The position numbers and the translations under genes were made by a program. The notes under the pieces were generated by a model. It saw nothing but the letters and a program-made list of their open reading frames with translations. It was not told where the DNA came from and made no database searches. DNA of 64,000 bases from Octopus vulgaris (lineage: Eukaryota): positions 60,574,001 through 60,638,000 of the forward strand of contig OX597826.1 of assembly GCA_951406725.2 (NCBI GenBank), given 5' to 3'. Positions 1 through 16,153 of the stretch are shown piece after piece (positions within the stretch are counted from its first letter, which is position 1; every line of letters begins with the position of its first letter).

Positions 1-345
1 TGTCAATAATCTAGTAGATATATGTACATATATAGAATTGATTCACTTAAAGAACGAGGAACGTTTATATAACGTCTCGGTTGAAAAATCAGCTACATGA
101 CAAATGTGGCCGACATTTCATATAGATACCACTGGTCAATATGTGTTAGTTCTCTGTGCACATGTCCTTGTCTTGCTTTCCATACATATGTATGTGTGTG
201 TGTGTGTGTCAGTGTGTGTGTATACGAGTCTGTGTAGTGCGTGTGTGATGTGTGTGTATGTGCGTTTAGTTTTCTCAATACATGCTCCTCTAATGCGCCT
301 AGATACATCATTAGCCTTGTTTACCGGAGATATTAGATGCTTAAG

Positions 346-768
346 GGTGGCGAACTGGCAGAATCGTTAGCACGCCGGGCGAAATGTGTGGCCGTATTTC
401 CTCTGCCGTTGCGTTCTGAGTTCAAATTTCGCCGAGGTCGACTTTGCCTTTCATCCTTTCGGGGTCGATAAATTAAGTATCAGTTACGCACTGGGGTCGA
501 TGTAATCGACTTAATCCGTTTGTCTGTCCTTGTTTGTCCCCTCTGTGTTTAGCCCCTTGTGGGTAGTAAAGAAATAGGTATTTTGTTTAGCATTACGTTG
601 TGAGTTCAAATTCCGCCGAGGCCGACTTAGCCTTACATCCTGTCAGGGTCGATTAAATAAGTACCAATTACGTACTGGAGTCGATGTAATCGACTTAATC
701 CATTTATCAGTCCTTGTTTGTCCCCCACCCCAACTATATTTAGCCCCCTGTAGGCAATGAATATATAA
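346..768 (+). mobile_element. tRNA-headed SINE, family A, two-unit form (head + 2 x ~184-bp body)
   Basis: Head ggtggcgaactggcagaatcgttagc, B-box-like gagttcaaattc, body gtcgactttgcctttcatcctttcggggtcgat repeated with a 184-bp period (394/578). Flanked by attagatgctt(a/c)agg at ~332 and ~769 (TSD). Confidence 0.9.
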
Positions 769-2269
769 ATTAGATGCTTCAGGTCTTTCAATATAAGACA
801 CTCATACTCAGGGGACCCAATCAATGTTGACCAACTCTAAGATTGTGTCCAGTTAACAGTACATTTCAGAGCACTGCTCTTTTCAGGTCTCGAAACTTCT
901 GATCCACAGTAACCTAGAGAAAAAAATCCACTGCCTCCACAGCTAAACTGAACGCTTTTATAAACACTGCCCCATGTGATTTCCAGTTTCTTGTAGACAT
1001 CCCCTATACATCCTCTATACCACATCTACATAGGAATCCATTTTGCTTTCCATCCATCGATTACTGTTACCAGCTTAGTATATTTCTTTCTCTTACGCTT
1101 ATTTCCCAAACAATTTCCGTGTAGCAAGTTTCATTCTTAATATAATAATTCATGCATTCGGTTGACAGTAAAAGACCACGTTGACGAAATGCAATGAGAT
1201 CCAAACTGGAACTATGTATTTACTAAGTGATCTTCTTAACCACTCTGCCATGTTTGGTATAAAAACCATACTTTGTGTATATTTATATGCACATATGTGT
1301 TTGTTACTCTTTGTTATATTGTTTCACGTACTACCTATTTCTCATACGTTTATTGACACTCACCAAACATTGCGTGTAGACAAATTTAAAGTGGAAAATA
1401 AAGAAGGAAAATGAAAATTTTAAAACGCCATAATTTTAAAACTTTAATTATTATTGAAAATTGTTTTACGTGAGCGTTGACATGTAGGGATATATATATA
1501 TATATATATATACATACATATATATATATATACATACATATATATATGTATCCCTGCATATGTGTGCGTGTGTGTGTATGTGCGTGTGTGTGTGTGTGTT
1601 TGTGTGAGTGGTTGTGCGTGTGTCTTTACGTTAGTTGGTTGACTTTATCGAAATGAAAATTGCGTGGATGGATGGATGGATGGATGGGGGAGGGAAATGG
1701 TTCAATAAAATTAAATTATATACATTTTTATTATACACATTTAATTATACGTATTTTGATTTTATTATTTTTTAAATGTATTTAACACTCCATCATCCTT
1801 TCCTCACCTCTCGCCATTTCCCCAATTTCTCTTTCACTACAAACACACACACATGTACACACACACACATATACACTCATACACGCACACACACATACGA
1901 ACACACTTATTCTCTATTCCTAGAAGAGGCACTTTAAACTTCAGCACTTCTGTTGTCTGACTTCTTTGGTCTGTTTCTTTCCTTTTTGAAACAACCTCGC
2001 TGATATTTCGTTCCTGACATGCTATGACGGTCATTATATTTTGACACATGTTCATTAAGTTCTTTTTAAAATTTCACGTTAGAAACGAAACGAACTGATA
2101 ACACCAATTTACATTTAACGTCCAGTGAATATTTTCTTTTCCTCATTATTTTTCGCCTTTTTTGTTGACTATGAGCGGATTTTTTTTTTGCCTGTGGGTG
2201 ATTCTAGCGCATCATATGTACGTGCATATGACTACAGGAATATGTATATACATATAGCTATATAGTTAT

Positions 2270-2955
<686 letters not shown>

Positions 2956-3399
2956 ACTTGATTAAATAACTGTAATAATATTTAGTACTATTATCGGAGC
3001 ATGGATTTGCTTGAGTAGTGTTCGTTTTGGACCTTGGGATTGTCTTTAAGTATTGCACAGACGCTATTTAATCCTGTTTAGCTTATAAGTATTCACTTGT
3101 TTTCATTTTGAACAGCAATGTTTTTACTTTACTTTAATGTAATTACATTCGATTCACTGAATTCTGTTTACAACATTGATGTAACCGGATACATTTGAGC
3201 TAATCTCGAAAAGGAGCACCTTACAATCTCTAAGTAACAATTAGAAAGGAACAGACCCTGCCTTAAGCACATTGAGTACGTTATGACTCAACGTTGCCTA
3301 ATTATAACGGGAAGTACGAGCACCTCTTATGTTGCTAAGAATGTGCAAGCAACCATTGTATTTAACGGTCCAAGACTAACAACCAAATTTCTTATACTC

Positions 3400-3520
3400 C
3401 ATGTGGTCGAAGTCCCCATTACAACCGGTTATCCCAAATCGGTGCCGTTTACTTTCTACGCATTCTTCTCAAACCAACTAACTCAAACGTCATGATATTT
3501 CAGAGACGCTCCGCACCCAG
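3400..3520 (+). pseudogene. Possible decayed Helitron Rep/helicase fragment
   Basis: One frame reads GRSPHYNRLSQIGAVYFLRILLK, then ETLRT after a frameshift, resembling the Helitron GExYxLRxLL...FxxLRT segment. Short and unverified. Confidence 0.25.
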
Positions 3521-4130
3521 GCCTCTGAAATTTGAACTAAAATACTTTTCCCATTTAAGGTCAGATACATGGGGTCGATTTTCTCGACTAAACGCCGTGC
3601 TCCACCATAGCCGCAGCCAAATGACTGAAACAAGTAAAAGAGAGAGTAAAAGAATAACATAAATCATATAGGTAGTATTATCTTAAATTATCAAATAAAT
3701 AATATCAAAGATGGCAATTTCAAAAGTTTCTAGAAACCTAGAAAAGTTCTACTTCATTCCCTATATGCATTACAAGAGAAATATATGCAAATAAAATAAT
3801 ATTCAAGAAGCACTTCATAAAAGATTTCTATAAGTTATTTACTCTTCGTTAAAACTCCGACTACCTCATCCAGAATATCAATAATCATTTATATTTGTCT
3901 ATACGTCTTGAAAAAAACGATGGAATTTTTCGAAAATTTTTGTCAAATTAAGGCTCGTAAAATAGAATAATAATAATAATAATAAACATTGTGTACAGTG
4001 CTCAGGTGCACTACAAGTATTCCTGAATAAAATATCTTCCCTACCTGGTAACTTTAGCCAAAAGAGGGTGGCGAGTAAAAAAAAACACATTTAGAGACTA
4101 CAAGTTTTAATGGAGTATGAGTAGAGGAGT

Positions 4131-4335
4131 GGAGGCGCAATGGTCCAGTGGTTAGGGCAGCAGACTGGCGGTCGGAGGATCGCGGTTTCGATTCCTAGAC
4201 CGGGCGTTGGGTGTGTTTATTGAGTGAAAACACATGAAGCTGTACGAGGCTCCGGCAGACGGAGGGAATCCATACGCCCGGGAAACCGGGCCCATGAGCC
4301 TGGCTAGACTTCAAAAAGGCGCATAAATAAATAAA
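4131..4335 (+). mobile_element. tRNA-headed SINE, family C (tail variant 1)
   Basis: ggaggcgcaatggtccagtggttagggcagc (A box) and ggtttcgattcc (B box), a body shared with 21991-22288 and 40586-40912, and an A-rich end. Confidence 0.85.
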
Positions 4336-5256
4336 AATGAATAGAGGAAATGGTGCGAAAAGAAAAAATATTTTCAAAATATCATTACAAACTGCATATG
4401 CTGAATAAATTGTGTCCAAAATAGAGACTGAGTTAGTAGGATGCGGGAAAACATACATACATGCTCATATTATGTACATAGGTGTACGTATGTAAGTATA
4501 CACAGAAGTATATTTTAAGTGTGTGTATGTATGATGTGTAAGAAAGCATACATGTACTTCTCAATGCAGATCTAAGACTCGAATTTACAAATTCTAATAT
4601 TCCATGTCCTCAATAGATTTTCAGTGCTTTTTTGTATCATTCTAACATTTTGGTCTATATCCTACCTTCTCTATGTATATCCCTATGCATCTCTCCCAAA
4701 ATGTCTGTGTAAGAAGGAGAGAGAGTGAAAGAGAGAGAGAAAGAGATTGAGCATTAATGTATATGTGTGCATATTTGTGTTTTTCATATTGATTCCTTAA
4801 CTTCCAAACTTTGAGCTCGGTAAGTATAAAACCATAATGAAATAATAAGCATTCGTCTCGAACGAATAGATATTCCTCCTTCATGATGGAAGAAAATAAC
4901 GGCTAAAGAACCCGGATCAAAAACCAACAAATTAATATATGCGTACGTGTATTATGTTCGTGTTTTTGTTAAAGCTGCTGTCTGTGTGTACAATTTAACC
5001 GTAATTTTTACAGAAAACATTTTCATATAAACACGAAATCGATAAAAATTTCCAACCAAATAAACTGATTACAGTCGAACTACTTATCTGTTTTTCACAG
5101 TGGAAAATATTTTGTATTGTTATTGATGGTCAAATGTTTTCTGATGCTTTAAACACGGTGAATTTCCATTTCTGATGGTGACTGTACTCACTTGTTTTGT
5201 TTTAGAAAATGGCTGCTAGTAAAGCAATTCTGCATGCAGACACACATATGCATGGA

Positions 5257-5310
<54 letters not shown>

Positions 5311-6269
5311 CATGTATATATATATATTTATATATATATATACATATATATAGCTACAGCTATTATTATAGTATAAACTTTTCCCAATGTATAGTCAATT
5401 TCTTAGACAACTGGTGCGCATGTATAAGTATATATATATACACATAGATATATACATGCATTAATATATATTGCATATTTTGAAGTACACAGAGGAACAC
5501 ACGCGCACGCAAACACACACACACACGCGCACACATACACACACGCATATATATATATGTATGTATGGTATCTGCGTAATAGCTACTGACACAGCCCTCA
5601 GCTGTCGTTGAACGGAATGAGAGATGAACTAAATGACCTTTGCTCTGCGGTTCGCTGTTCTCTACCGACGTGACCACCTGCTACTCTTAAAATGCGCTCT
5701 GTGAAAATATCCATAACCAAATAATATATCAACGTCCGTGTAATATTTCCTCTATAAACCTTTTATTTCATTCGTCAAACGATATAGGCAAAAGACAACA
5801 TTAACGAACAGACGACCGAAAATGATGATGGTGGATTAGCGGACGTGAAAGTAAAGATCAAACATGATGACATTCCCCATTAGGGAAATATGCAATTGTT
5901 CTTAGATGTGACAGATTTCGTCAGCTTTCTTAATGATTCTTGTTAAATATAGTAAATCAACCAAGACGCGTTTTTGTTAAGGAATTATATCACAGCGACA
6001 GGTAGGAAAATGATATTATGTTCAGCTAGCTTGCTTAGATTAGTTTTAGCTGAGTTAGTATTAGCACAATAGACAGTAATTCTTAACTTTAATCAATGGA
6101 GATTATAGTTGTATAGAGCAGACGTAAATATGATTGTACAATGATTTTATTAATGAACCCAAACCAAAGATAACTCATAGTAAACTATAGGACATTCCTT
6201 GTTCTTAATTTCATTTTCTTTTTTCGTACTGTTTTGAAATAGATTAATATACGAGATCTTCTTTTGCTT

Positions 6270-6700
6270 CAAATTTTGGCACAAAGCCAGCAATTTAAAG
6301 TGAAGGGCAAGTCCATTACCTCAGTGCCTAACTGGTACTTTATCGAATCCCAGAGGTTGAACGGCTAGGTTGATATTCACGCAGTCTGACCTCAGAAAGT
6401 AAAGGGCCCGAAGAAAGACTATAAATTACTATTCACCTTTGTGCAAATAAATCTACAATTTAACCACCATAATGGCTCCAAATTGAGTCACAGAACCAGG
6501 AAATTTAACCAGAAGGAGTTAGTCAATTAACATCATTCCAGTACTTAACTAGTACTTCATCTTACTTTATTGACCACGAAAGGATGGAAATCAAAGTTAA
6601 CGTTGGTGATACTTGAACTCAAAACGTAAAGAGCCGGGAGAAATGCCACAAAGCAGGTTGTTTAACACTCTAACAATTCTTCCCGCGCACCTCCTTAGAG
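6270..6700 (-). mobile_element. Two old, degenerate family A SINE copies
   Basis: Diverged matches to ttttggcacaaggccagcaattt...actggtactt...gaaaggatgaaag...gaactcagaacgtaaag. Confidence 0.6.
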
Positions 6701-7056
6701 TTTCTACTAATTGACATAACAAGTAAGCCATACAGCAAAGGGAAGGGTTGTCTAATCGTTAATGGACACGGTGCCAAGTCGGTTTCGTTCACTTTTACCT
6801 GGCTTGAAGGCATAACTTCTACCGTTAACACAGACAGCTCCTGAGCATAACTTTGTTAAAAGTTTAATTCGGGTGTTGCAACAAATGAACTTTCACTTAG
6901 TGAGATGTCAGCAAACATACATGTTGCTATATCATCCGGCCTCTTGTAATGAATGATCAATTTTCCTTTCAACATAATAGAAGTTCCGAAAATATTTTTC
7001 TACTTCTGATTTCTTATTTCTGCCTTGCATGTCCGTTTGTACACTGCCGCATGCAC

Positions 7057-7059
<3 letters not shown>

Positions 7060-7151
<92 letters not shown>

Positions 7152-7152
7152 T

Positions 7153-7194
<42 letters not shown>

Positions 7195-7588
7195 TATATA
7201 TGTTAGTGTATATGTGTGCAACACATGTGCATTTATATAAGTAAAAGATAGATAGATAGATACATACATACATACATACATACATCCATACATACATATA
7301 TACATACATATATACATACATACATGCATGCATGCATGCATACATACATACATACATACATACATACATACATACATACATACATACATGCATGCATACA
7401 TACATGCATACATACATACATATATACATACATACAAACATACATACATACATACATACATAAATATATACATACATACATGCATACATACATATATACA
7501 TACATATATACATATATACATACATACATGCATACATACATGCATTCATACATACATACATACATACATACATACATACATACATACA

Positions 7589-7622
<34 letters not shown>

Positions 7623-7651
7623 CATACATACATACATATATACATACATAC

Positions 7652-7682
<31 letters not shown>

Positions 7683-7736
7683 CATACATACATAAATACA
7701 TACATACATACATACATACATACATACATACATACA

Positions 7737-7765
<29 letters not shown>
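7060..7765. repeat. (CA)n(CT)n and long (CATA)n microsatellite
   Basis: Directly visible. Confidence 0.95.
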
Positions 7766-7767
<2 letters not shown>

Positions 7768-7988
7768 TCCTCCTACGACCATTCATCCAAACATCTTCAC
7801 TTACCTAAACTTCCTGATTTTCTTATTTTTCACACTTCATTATTCTATAAGATTTTGTTGTTGCAGTTCGTGTTGCTCTCGTCGTTATTGCTGTCACAGA
7901 TCTACGTAAGTTGGCTTGTTTAGTTTTAAATAAAGTCAGTCACTTCTCTCTATCTCTGGTTCTCTTTCTCTCTCTATCTCTCTCTCTA

Positions 7989-8033
<45 letters not shown>

Positions 8034-9314
8034 GTCTCTATCCCTCTGTCTACGTGTGCGTCTGTGAACATGTGTATGTGTGCATAAATACAAATATGTA
8101 AGCATTCATATATATGTAGATATATGCGTATGCATGTCGCTGATGTATATATGACCAAGTATATACCAAAGCATACTTATATTGAAGTGTGTGTGTATAT
8201 GTGCATATCTGTGTGTGGTGGAAGCATGTATTTGTGGGCGCGTACGAGCGTATGAATGTGTGAGTGTGAGTGTGTAACCAACTGCCACCACCACCACACC
8301 ACCACCAACACACCACCACCCTATCACCACCACCACACCACCACCACCACACCACCACCACATCATCACCACCACCACCACTACCACCCACCACTACCAC
8401 CACCACCACCACCACCACCACTACCACCACCACCATCACCACTACCACCACCACCACGAAAGCAACAACAGAAGTAGCGGGGCGATGTATACGTATAGCG
8501 TAGATTAAGATGCTATGTAGTAACTAGTTTTAGATTTACCGAGATGTGATGCCAACCAATAATTGGTTGTGGCACTCATTCTACCTGTATTCACTCTTAT
8601 CGTCCATGGAACCTTCAAATGATATTTGATTTACGAAAGCAGGATATATCTGTTATAGGTTGTTGATGGTTGTGATAGTGATGTTGGTTTTGATGGTCAC
8701 TGTTGTGATGACGCTCGTCGCCATAGTGATGGCTTGGTTGGTGACCATGGTGATACTGGGTGTGGTGCTGTTGGTCGTGATGCTGACAATAGCCTTGGTC
8801 ATTTTGATGATGTTCCTGGTGACGTTGTTGTTCAAAATGTCCGTAGTGACGCTGACCATTGAGATGATTTGGGAAGCTGTGTTGGTCATGGAGATAGTGA
8901 CGTTGGTTATAGTGATGGTACTTATGATATTGTTGATCATTGTAATAGTATTAGTGGAAGTATTAGCTGTACTATTAGCAGTTTTGGTATCTGCGGTGTT
9001 ATCAGTGGCAGCGCTTTGTTGTTTAGGAGTATTCGACTCCTGAGTTCGATTCTGCTGCGGCACGTTGTCTCATTGAGTAAAACACGTTATTTCACATCGC
9101 TCCAATCATCTCAGGTAGCAAAAACAAATGATTCTTATATTTCAAAGGACCAGCCTTGTAATATTCTGTTTGAACGTCGGAGCTGTGATGACAATCATTA
9201 AGATATTAAAAACAAACACACTTGCTTCTGAACCAAATGTTCCTGGGTTTAATCCCACGGCGTGGCACCTTGAGAACTACAACGTTAGGGTATATATATG
9301 TAAAATTTAAATAA

Positions 9315-9461
9315 ATTACATTTGACGGATATTTGTGCCCATCTTGTTTGTTGTTAACACAACTTTTCGGCTGATATACCTTCAAACGTTCATCAGGTGT
9401 CTTGGGGAAATTTCGAACCTGGGTTCTCATTCCTAAGGTATTTTTCGATGTTATTATTATA

Positions 9462-9522
<61 letters not shown>

Positions 9523-9525
9523 CTG

Positions 9526-9594
<69 letters not shown>

Positions 9595-9653
9595 TCGCTA
9601 CCTGGAATCGAACTCGGAATACTGGGGTTAGTAGCCCGGGCTTTTAACCACTG
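9315..9653 (-). mobile_element. tRNA-headed SINE, family E: tRNA head + (TAA/CAA)n spacer + Penelope-like tail
   Basis: The minus strand reads cagtggttaaaagcccgggctactaaccccagtattccgagttcgattccagg (A box, anticodon arm, B box), then a trinucleotide tract, then a unique tail. Confidence 0.8.
9356..9401 (-). ncRNA. Decayed minimal hammerhead-like motif in the SINE tail
   Basis: Minus strand: gacac CUGAUGA acguuugaagguauaucagcc GAAA aguu guguu. Stem I gacac/guguu pairs; stems II and III are damaged. Confidence 0.5.
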
Positions 9654-9709
9654 TATGACAGGAAAAAATCAACCAAACGATACAACATTATGTGTTCGCG
9701 TGTTTGTTA

Positions 9710-10032
9710 TGTGGTCAGTTACTTATACGTTAATTTCACGATCAGGCTGTTCAGTTGATCGGATTAACTGAAGCCCCCATCGTCGTAATCGACGGCGTGT
9801 CATAACAACAAAATGGTACTGCGAGATACCTATTTCTTTACTACCCACAAGGGGCTAAACAGAGAGAGGACAAACAAGGACAGACAAAGGGATTAAGTCG
9901 ATTATATCGGCCCCAGTGCGTAACTGGTACTTATTTAATCGACCCCGAAAGGATGAAAGGCAAAGTCGGCCTCGGCGGAATTTGAACTCAGAACGTAGCG
10001 GCAGACGAAATACCGCTAAACATTTCGCCCAG
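9710..10032. mobile_element. Family C 3' fragment (+, 9710-9812) abutting a family A copy (-, 9825-10032)
   Basis: 9710-9812 matches 40808-40905. 9825-10032 is the reverse complement of the family A body. Confidence 0.8.
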
Positions 10033-10239
10033 TGCTAGCGGCGGATTTTATTAAATTGGTTTGGTACTGAGGAAGTTAGTGATGGGGACACACAGGTCTA
10101 AAGAATATATGTTAATAATATTGACTCCTTTCAGTGTGTGAAGTTCATATCCCCGTTAACCATACTGGAGATGATATTGGCGGTGGGGGAGTGTTATTAT
10201 TAAACATATAGATGGGACACACGTACCGTATAAATAAAT

Positions 10240-11892
<1,653 letters not shown>

Positions 11893-12896
11893 TTTAATTT
11901 TGGCACAAAGCCAACAATTTTGAAGGGAGGAGTCGAGTCATTTACATCGATCCCAGAGCCTGACTGGTACATATTTTACCGTCCCCGATAATATTATCAT
12001 GGAAGAATGCAAGAATTATCGAAATATTGATTTCAAAATTTGGCACAAGGCTAGCAGTTCTGGGGAAGGGGATAAGTTGATTACATCGTATTTATCCAAT
12101 CGACTCCGAAACGATGATGATGATAACGATGATGGTGGTGATCCTCGCGGTTATCATCAGTGTGATCGTCACAATATATAAGTTGATATATCCTTTAGAT
12201 GCATTCCACATGTATATGTTCGCTATATTTCTAGATTCAAGCTACTTACCACACAGCCACTTCTGCGCCGATGTGAATATTTATCTCGTTTTGGATTTTT
12301 ATCCAAGCATCTCGATATCCTATTTGCTGTCATTTGTTCCATTGCTGAATCTGAAGTTGAATTTTTCATAGATTAATGTGTTTGTGTTACAAGTGTAGTT
12401 AACACGTATGTCTATTTCCTGCACTTATCGACTTGAAATGTTATGCGTTTCTTCACTAAAATATTTTTTAATATTTATTGTGCGTTGATATTTCGCATTC
12501 AAGCTTCAATTATTTAAGAGACATTCATAACGATGGTTCCTACGAAAATATTTTATTTATAAGTTCCAGGATATCATTTTTTAACTATATTGGTTATTTT
12601 TTTATTTAAAGAAGAGGCGACAGACGAGATACAATTTTTGCGAGATCAATTCACTTCTAATTATATACCTCAGTGTGTGTGTGAGTGTGTGAGCATGCGT
12701 GTGTGTTTGGATGTGTATGCTTGTCATTATGTACCTACACTGTTTCACCAACTGTTGTAGGTTTCTACGTTTAAATAACGTCCGTGCTATTTTAAATAAA
12801 AACAGCACAGTCGGACTGCATTCTTTTAAGAATTTTGTGGTAGCGGGGCGTTTCTCTTTGTGTTTGACACAGCAGTGCTTGATAACCAGTGTAGGC

Positions 12897-13302
12897 TTAC
12901 TCTTTTCCTCTTTTACTTGTTTCAGTAATTTGACTGCAGCCATGCTGAAGCACCGCCTTTAGTCGAGCAAATCGACCCCCGGGATTTATTCTTTGTAAGC
13001 CTAGTACTTATTCTATCGGTCTGTTTTGCCGAACCGCTAAGTTACGGGGACGTAAACACACCACCATCGGTTGTGAAGCGATGTTGGGGGGAACAAACAC
13101 AGACACACAAACACACACACACATATATATGTACATATATACGACGGGCTTCTTTCAGTTTCCGTCTACCAAATCCACTCACGAGTCTTCGGTCGGCCCT
13201 AGGCTATTGTACAAGACACTTTCCCAAGGTGTCACGTAGTGGGACTGAACCCGGAATCATGTGGTTGGTAAGCAACCTACTTATCACACAGCGACTCCTG
13301 CT
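12897..13302 (-). mobile_element. tRNA-headed SINE, family B, near full length (head, internal (TA)(TG) tract, 3' module)
   Basis: Reverse complement of caggagtcgctgtgtgataagtag...ccgggttcagtccc...gtggatttggtagacggaaactgaaagaagcccgtcg-(TA/TG)n-...cttagcggttcggcaaaa...gcagtcaaattactgaaacaagtaaaagag. Many sibling copies in the window. Confidence 0.9.
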
Positions 13303-14130
13303 TGTTTATGTCTCCATCTTACAATACTTCAGCAAAATAGACAGTATAAGTGCTAGACTTATAAAGAATAACTACCGGATTGATTTCTTCGATAAAATCT
13401 TCGACGGCGATGTCTCAGGATGGTGATAGAAAAATGAGAGAAGCAAGTGAAAGTAAAAAATAATATATTACATGTATTACATAAATATCTTTATGAACAA
13501 TGTATTTGCATATGTATAATATACATGCATGAAAACATCCAACAACTGGGAAACCTTAAATAAGAATTGCCCTAGCCAGAATTAGAATCACTGTTCGGAA
13601 TAATAAAATCAAGAAAAACACTATAAACCTGAACAATAAATGCTTCTTAACAAGTCTAAAGTTACGTGAATGAAGGACAACTAAGAAAGAGAACATAAGA
13701 CATAAAAGATTCACAGATAACAAGCGCAACAACAGCGTGAATCCATCATCAACAGCCAAACGGATAGCATTATGGTTTCGACACCTGGGCAATACCTAGA
13801 GTGAAAACAGCGTTATAAACAAAAATTACTGTGAATAATATTCTTCTTTAAGAGTAATAAATTCATACTCGATAAACCCATGTATGTATATATATATATA
13901 TATGTATATATATATAAATAAGTATATATATATATATATGTATATATGTATATATATATATGTGTGTGTATATATATGTACATATATATATATATATGTA
14001 TATATATATTATCTATGTATGTATATATGTATATATGTATGCATGTATATATATATATATATGTATATATATATGTACATAAATATATATATATGTATAT
14101 ATATATTATCTATGTATGTATGTATATATG

Positions 14131-14207
<77 letters not shown>

Positions 14208-15047
14208 GAAGCATCTGTGGGTGTGCGCGTGTGTGTATCGGCGCGTATGTGTGTTTGTGTCTATGTAATACATGTAGACATTCAAATATATATATATATG
14301 AGTGTTTGAGCGTGTTTGCCTGTGTTTGAATATATTTGCTAAGGAATTACCTAGGCAAATATATGCTGAGAACTGCTTCGTTGCAGACGATTAAATAGTC
14401 AGCTTATACTTTCTGTGGAAGGTTACAATGTATGTCACTCCGTCACGTTTGTGTTGTGAATTTGACCAAACAGGAAGCAAATTTCATTTCTGTGAACATG
14501 TCTTCTTCGGTCATCTCTATTGGTTTATTTGTGTGTGCGAACGTCTGTGTGTATATGTGTTTTCATTTATACATTCTTTTAATTTCTGAACTCACCACCC
14601 TCCCCTTTTCTATCTTCGTTTCTTTCTTTTACATTTTTTTTTCTTTTCTTTTGCTTCTTGTAATTTCCCTTTTGCTTGTTTTTATTCCAATTTTTCCTTT
14701 CCTTCTTTTCAGTCATTCTGTCTTTAAGATCCTCCTTATTTCTCTCTTTGATAAACGCCATGTTTTGTAACTTCATATTTCAATTTCTTATTTACTCTAT
14801 ATATTTTTTTGCTATTTTACTTTCTTTCTACCCTCCTGTTTTTTTTTCTTTATTGTGTTATTCTCCTTTCCATTACCTTCTTTTATTTCCTTCCTCTCTT
14901 TATTCACTTTTTCATTAATCTTCTTCTTGTCCATAAAGCCTTTTTTACTTTCCTACTTAAAATACTCTTTCTGTCTTCTGTCACAACTTCTAAATTCTTT
15001 ATTTAACATTCTTTTATCCCCTTATTCGTAACAAAACCCTAGGTTTC

Positions 15048-15462
15048 TTATTTCTTTATTGCCCACAAGGGGCTAAACAGAGGGGACAAGCAAAGACACA
15101 CAAACGGATTAAGTCGATTATATCGACCCCAGTGCGTAACTGGTACTTATTCAATCGACCCTGAAAGTATGAAAGGCTAAATCGACCTCTGCGTAATTTG
15201 AACTCAGAACGTAGCGGCTGACGAAATACCTATTTCTTTACTACCCACAAGGGGCTAAACACAAAGAGGACAAACAAGGACAGACAAACGGATTAAGTCG
15301 ATTATGTCGACCCCAGTGCGTAACTGGTACTTATCTAATCGACCCCGAAAGGATGAAAGGCTAACTCGACCTCGGCGGAATTTGAATTCAGAACGTAGCG
15401 GTAGACGAAATACCGCTAAACATTTCGCCCGGCGTGCTAACGTTTCTGCCAGCTCGCCGCCT
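15048..15462 (-). mobile_element. Family A SINE, two-unit form
   Basis: Two body units plus head. TSD acaa(a/t)acccta(g/t)gtttc at ~15031 and ~15465. Confidence 0.9.
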
Positions 15463-16153
15463 TACAATACCCTATGTTTCATGTCCGCGTAGAAACGATC
15501 CTCAGAAAAACAGTAAACAAATCTACTGTCTATTTATAATATATGTGTGTATGAAATACTACTAACAATAATTTTAGAATATAAAAATGAGATAACAGCA
15601 TGTGTGTTTTAAATTTTCAAACACAACCAACGTGACTTGATTCGTCTAATTTCAGAATCCATCTAAAAATAGGGGTCATAGTGTAAAGTATTTCAATAAT
15701 AGTTAGTAGTGGAAAACAGTAACGCAAAAAGAGCCGAGGTGTATTACATGGTTAGACCAACTATCGTGGATGCTGGTGTCCTTTAGTCCCTAACTAACCC
15801 TCATTGAACAGAATTATGATGATATATGTAACATCCCATCGTTTATCTGAACATAGTAATATTTAAACCAAAATTTCTCTTCTATATTAAGAAGGTTGGG
15901 TTTGATTTGGAATTCGGCTTCTGTTTCTTGCCGGTCGCTACAATCCTCCTCGTTTGAATTCACATAAGCTCAAGATTCCCATATCATTGCACGATCGTTT
16001 GATCTACTAGAACTAATAGCCAAATTTTACTGACTTTTGTGACGACAAAAACTTAGATAAAACTTAGATATGTTTCGACCAGAGATTGGTCCAGGCCATG
16101 TCTAACTTAATAGCACCACCTGATAGGATTATTCGAATCCTGTTTAAGTCAAG

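Noticed and set aside
8653-9063. Thr/Ile-rich and Val/Met-rich overlapping ORFs (mucin- or membrane-like)
   Set aside because: Degenerate GTG/GAT trinucleotide region open on both strands, with no splice or domain evidence.
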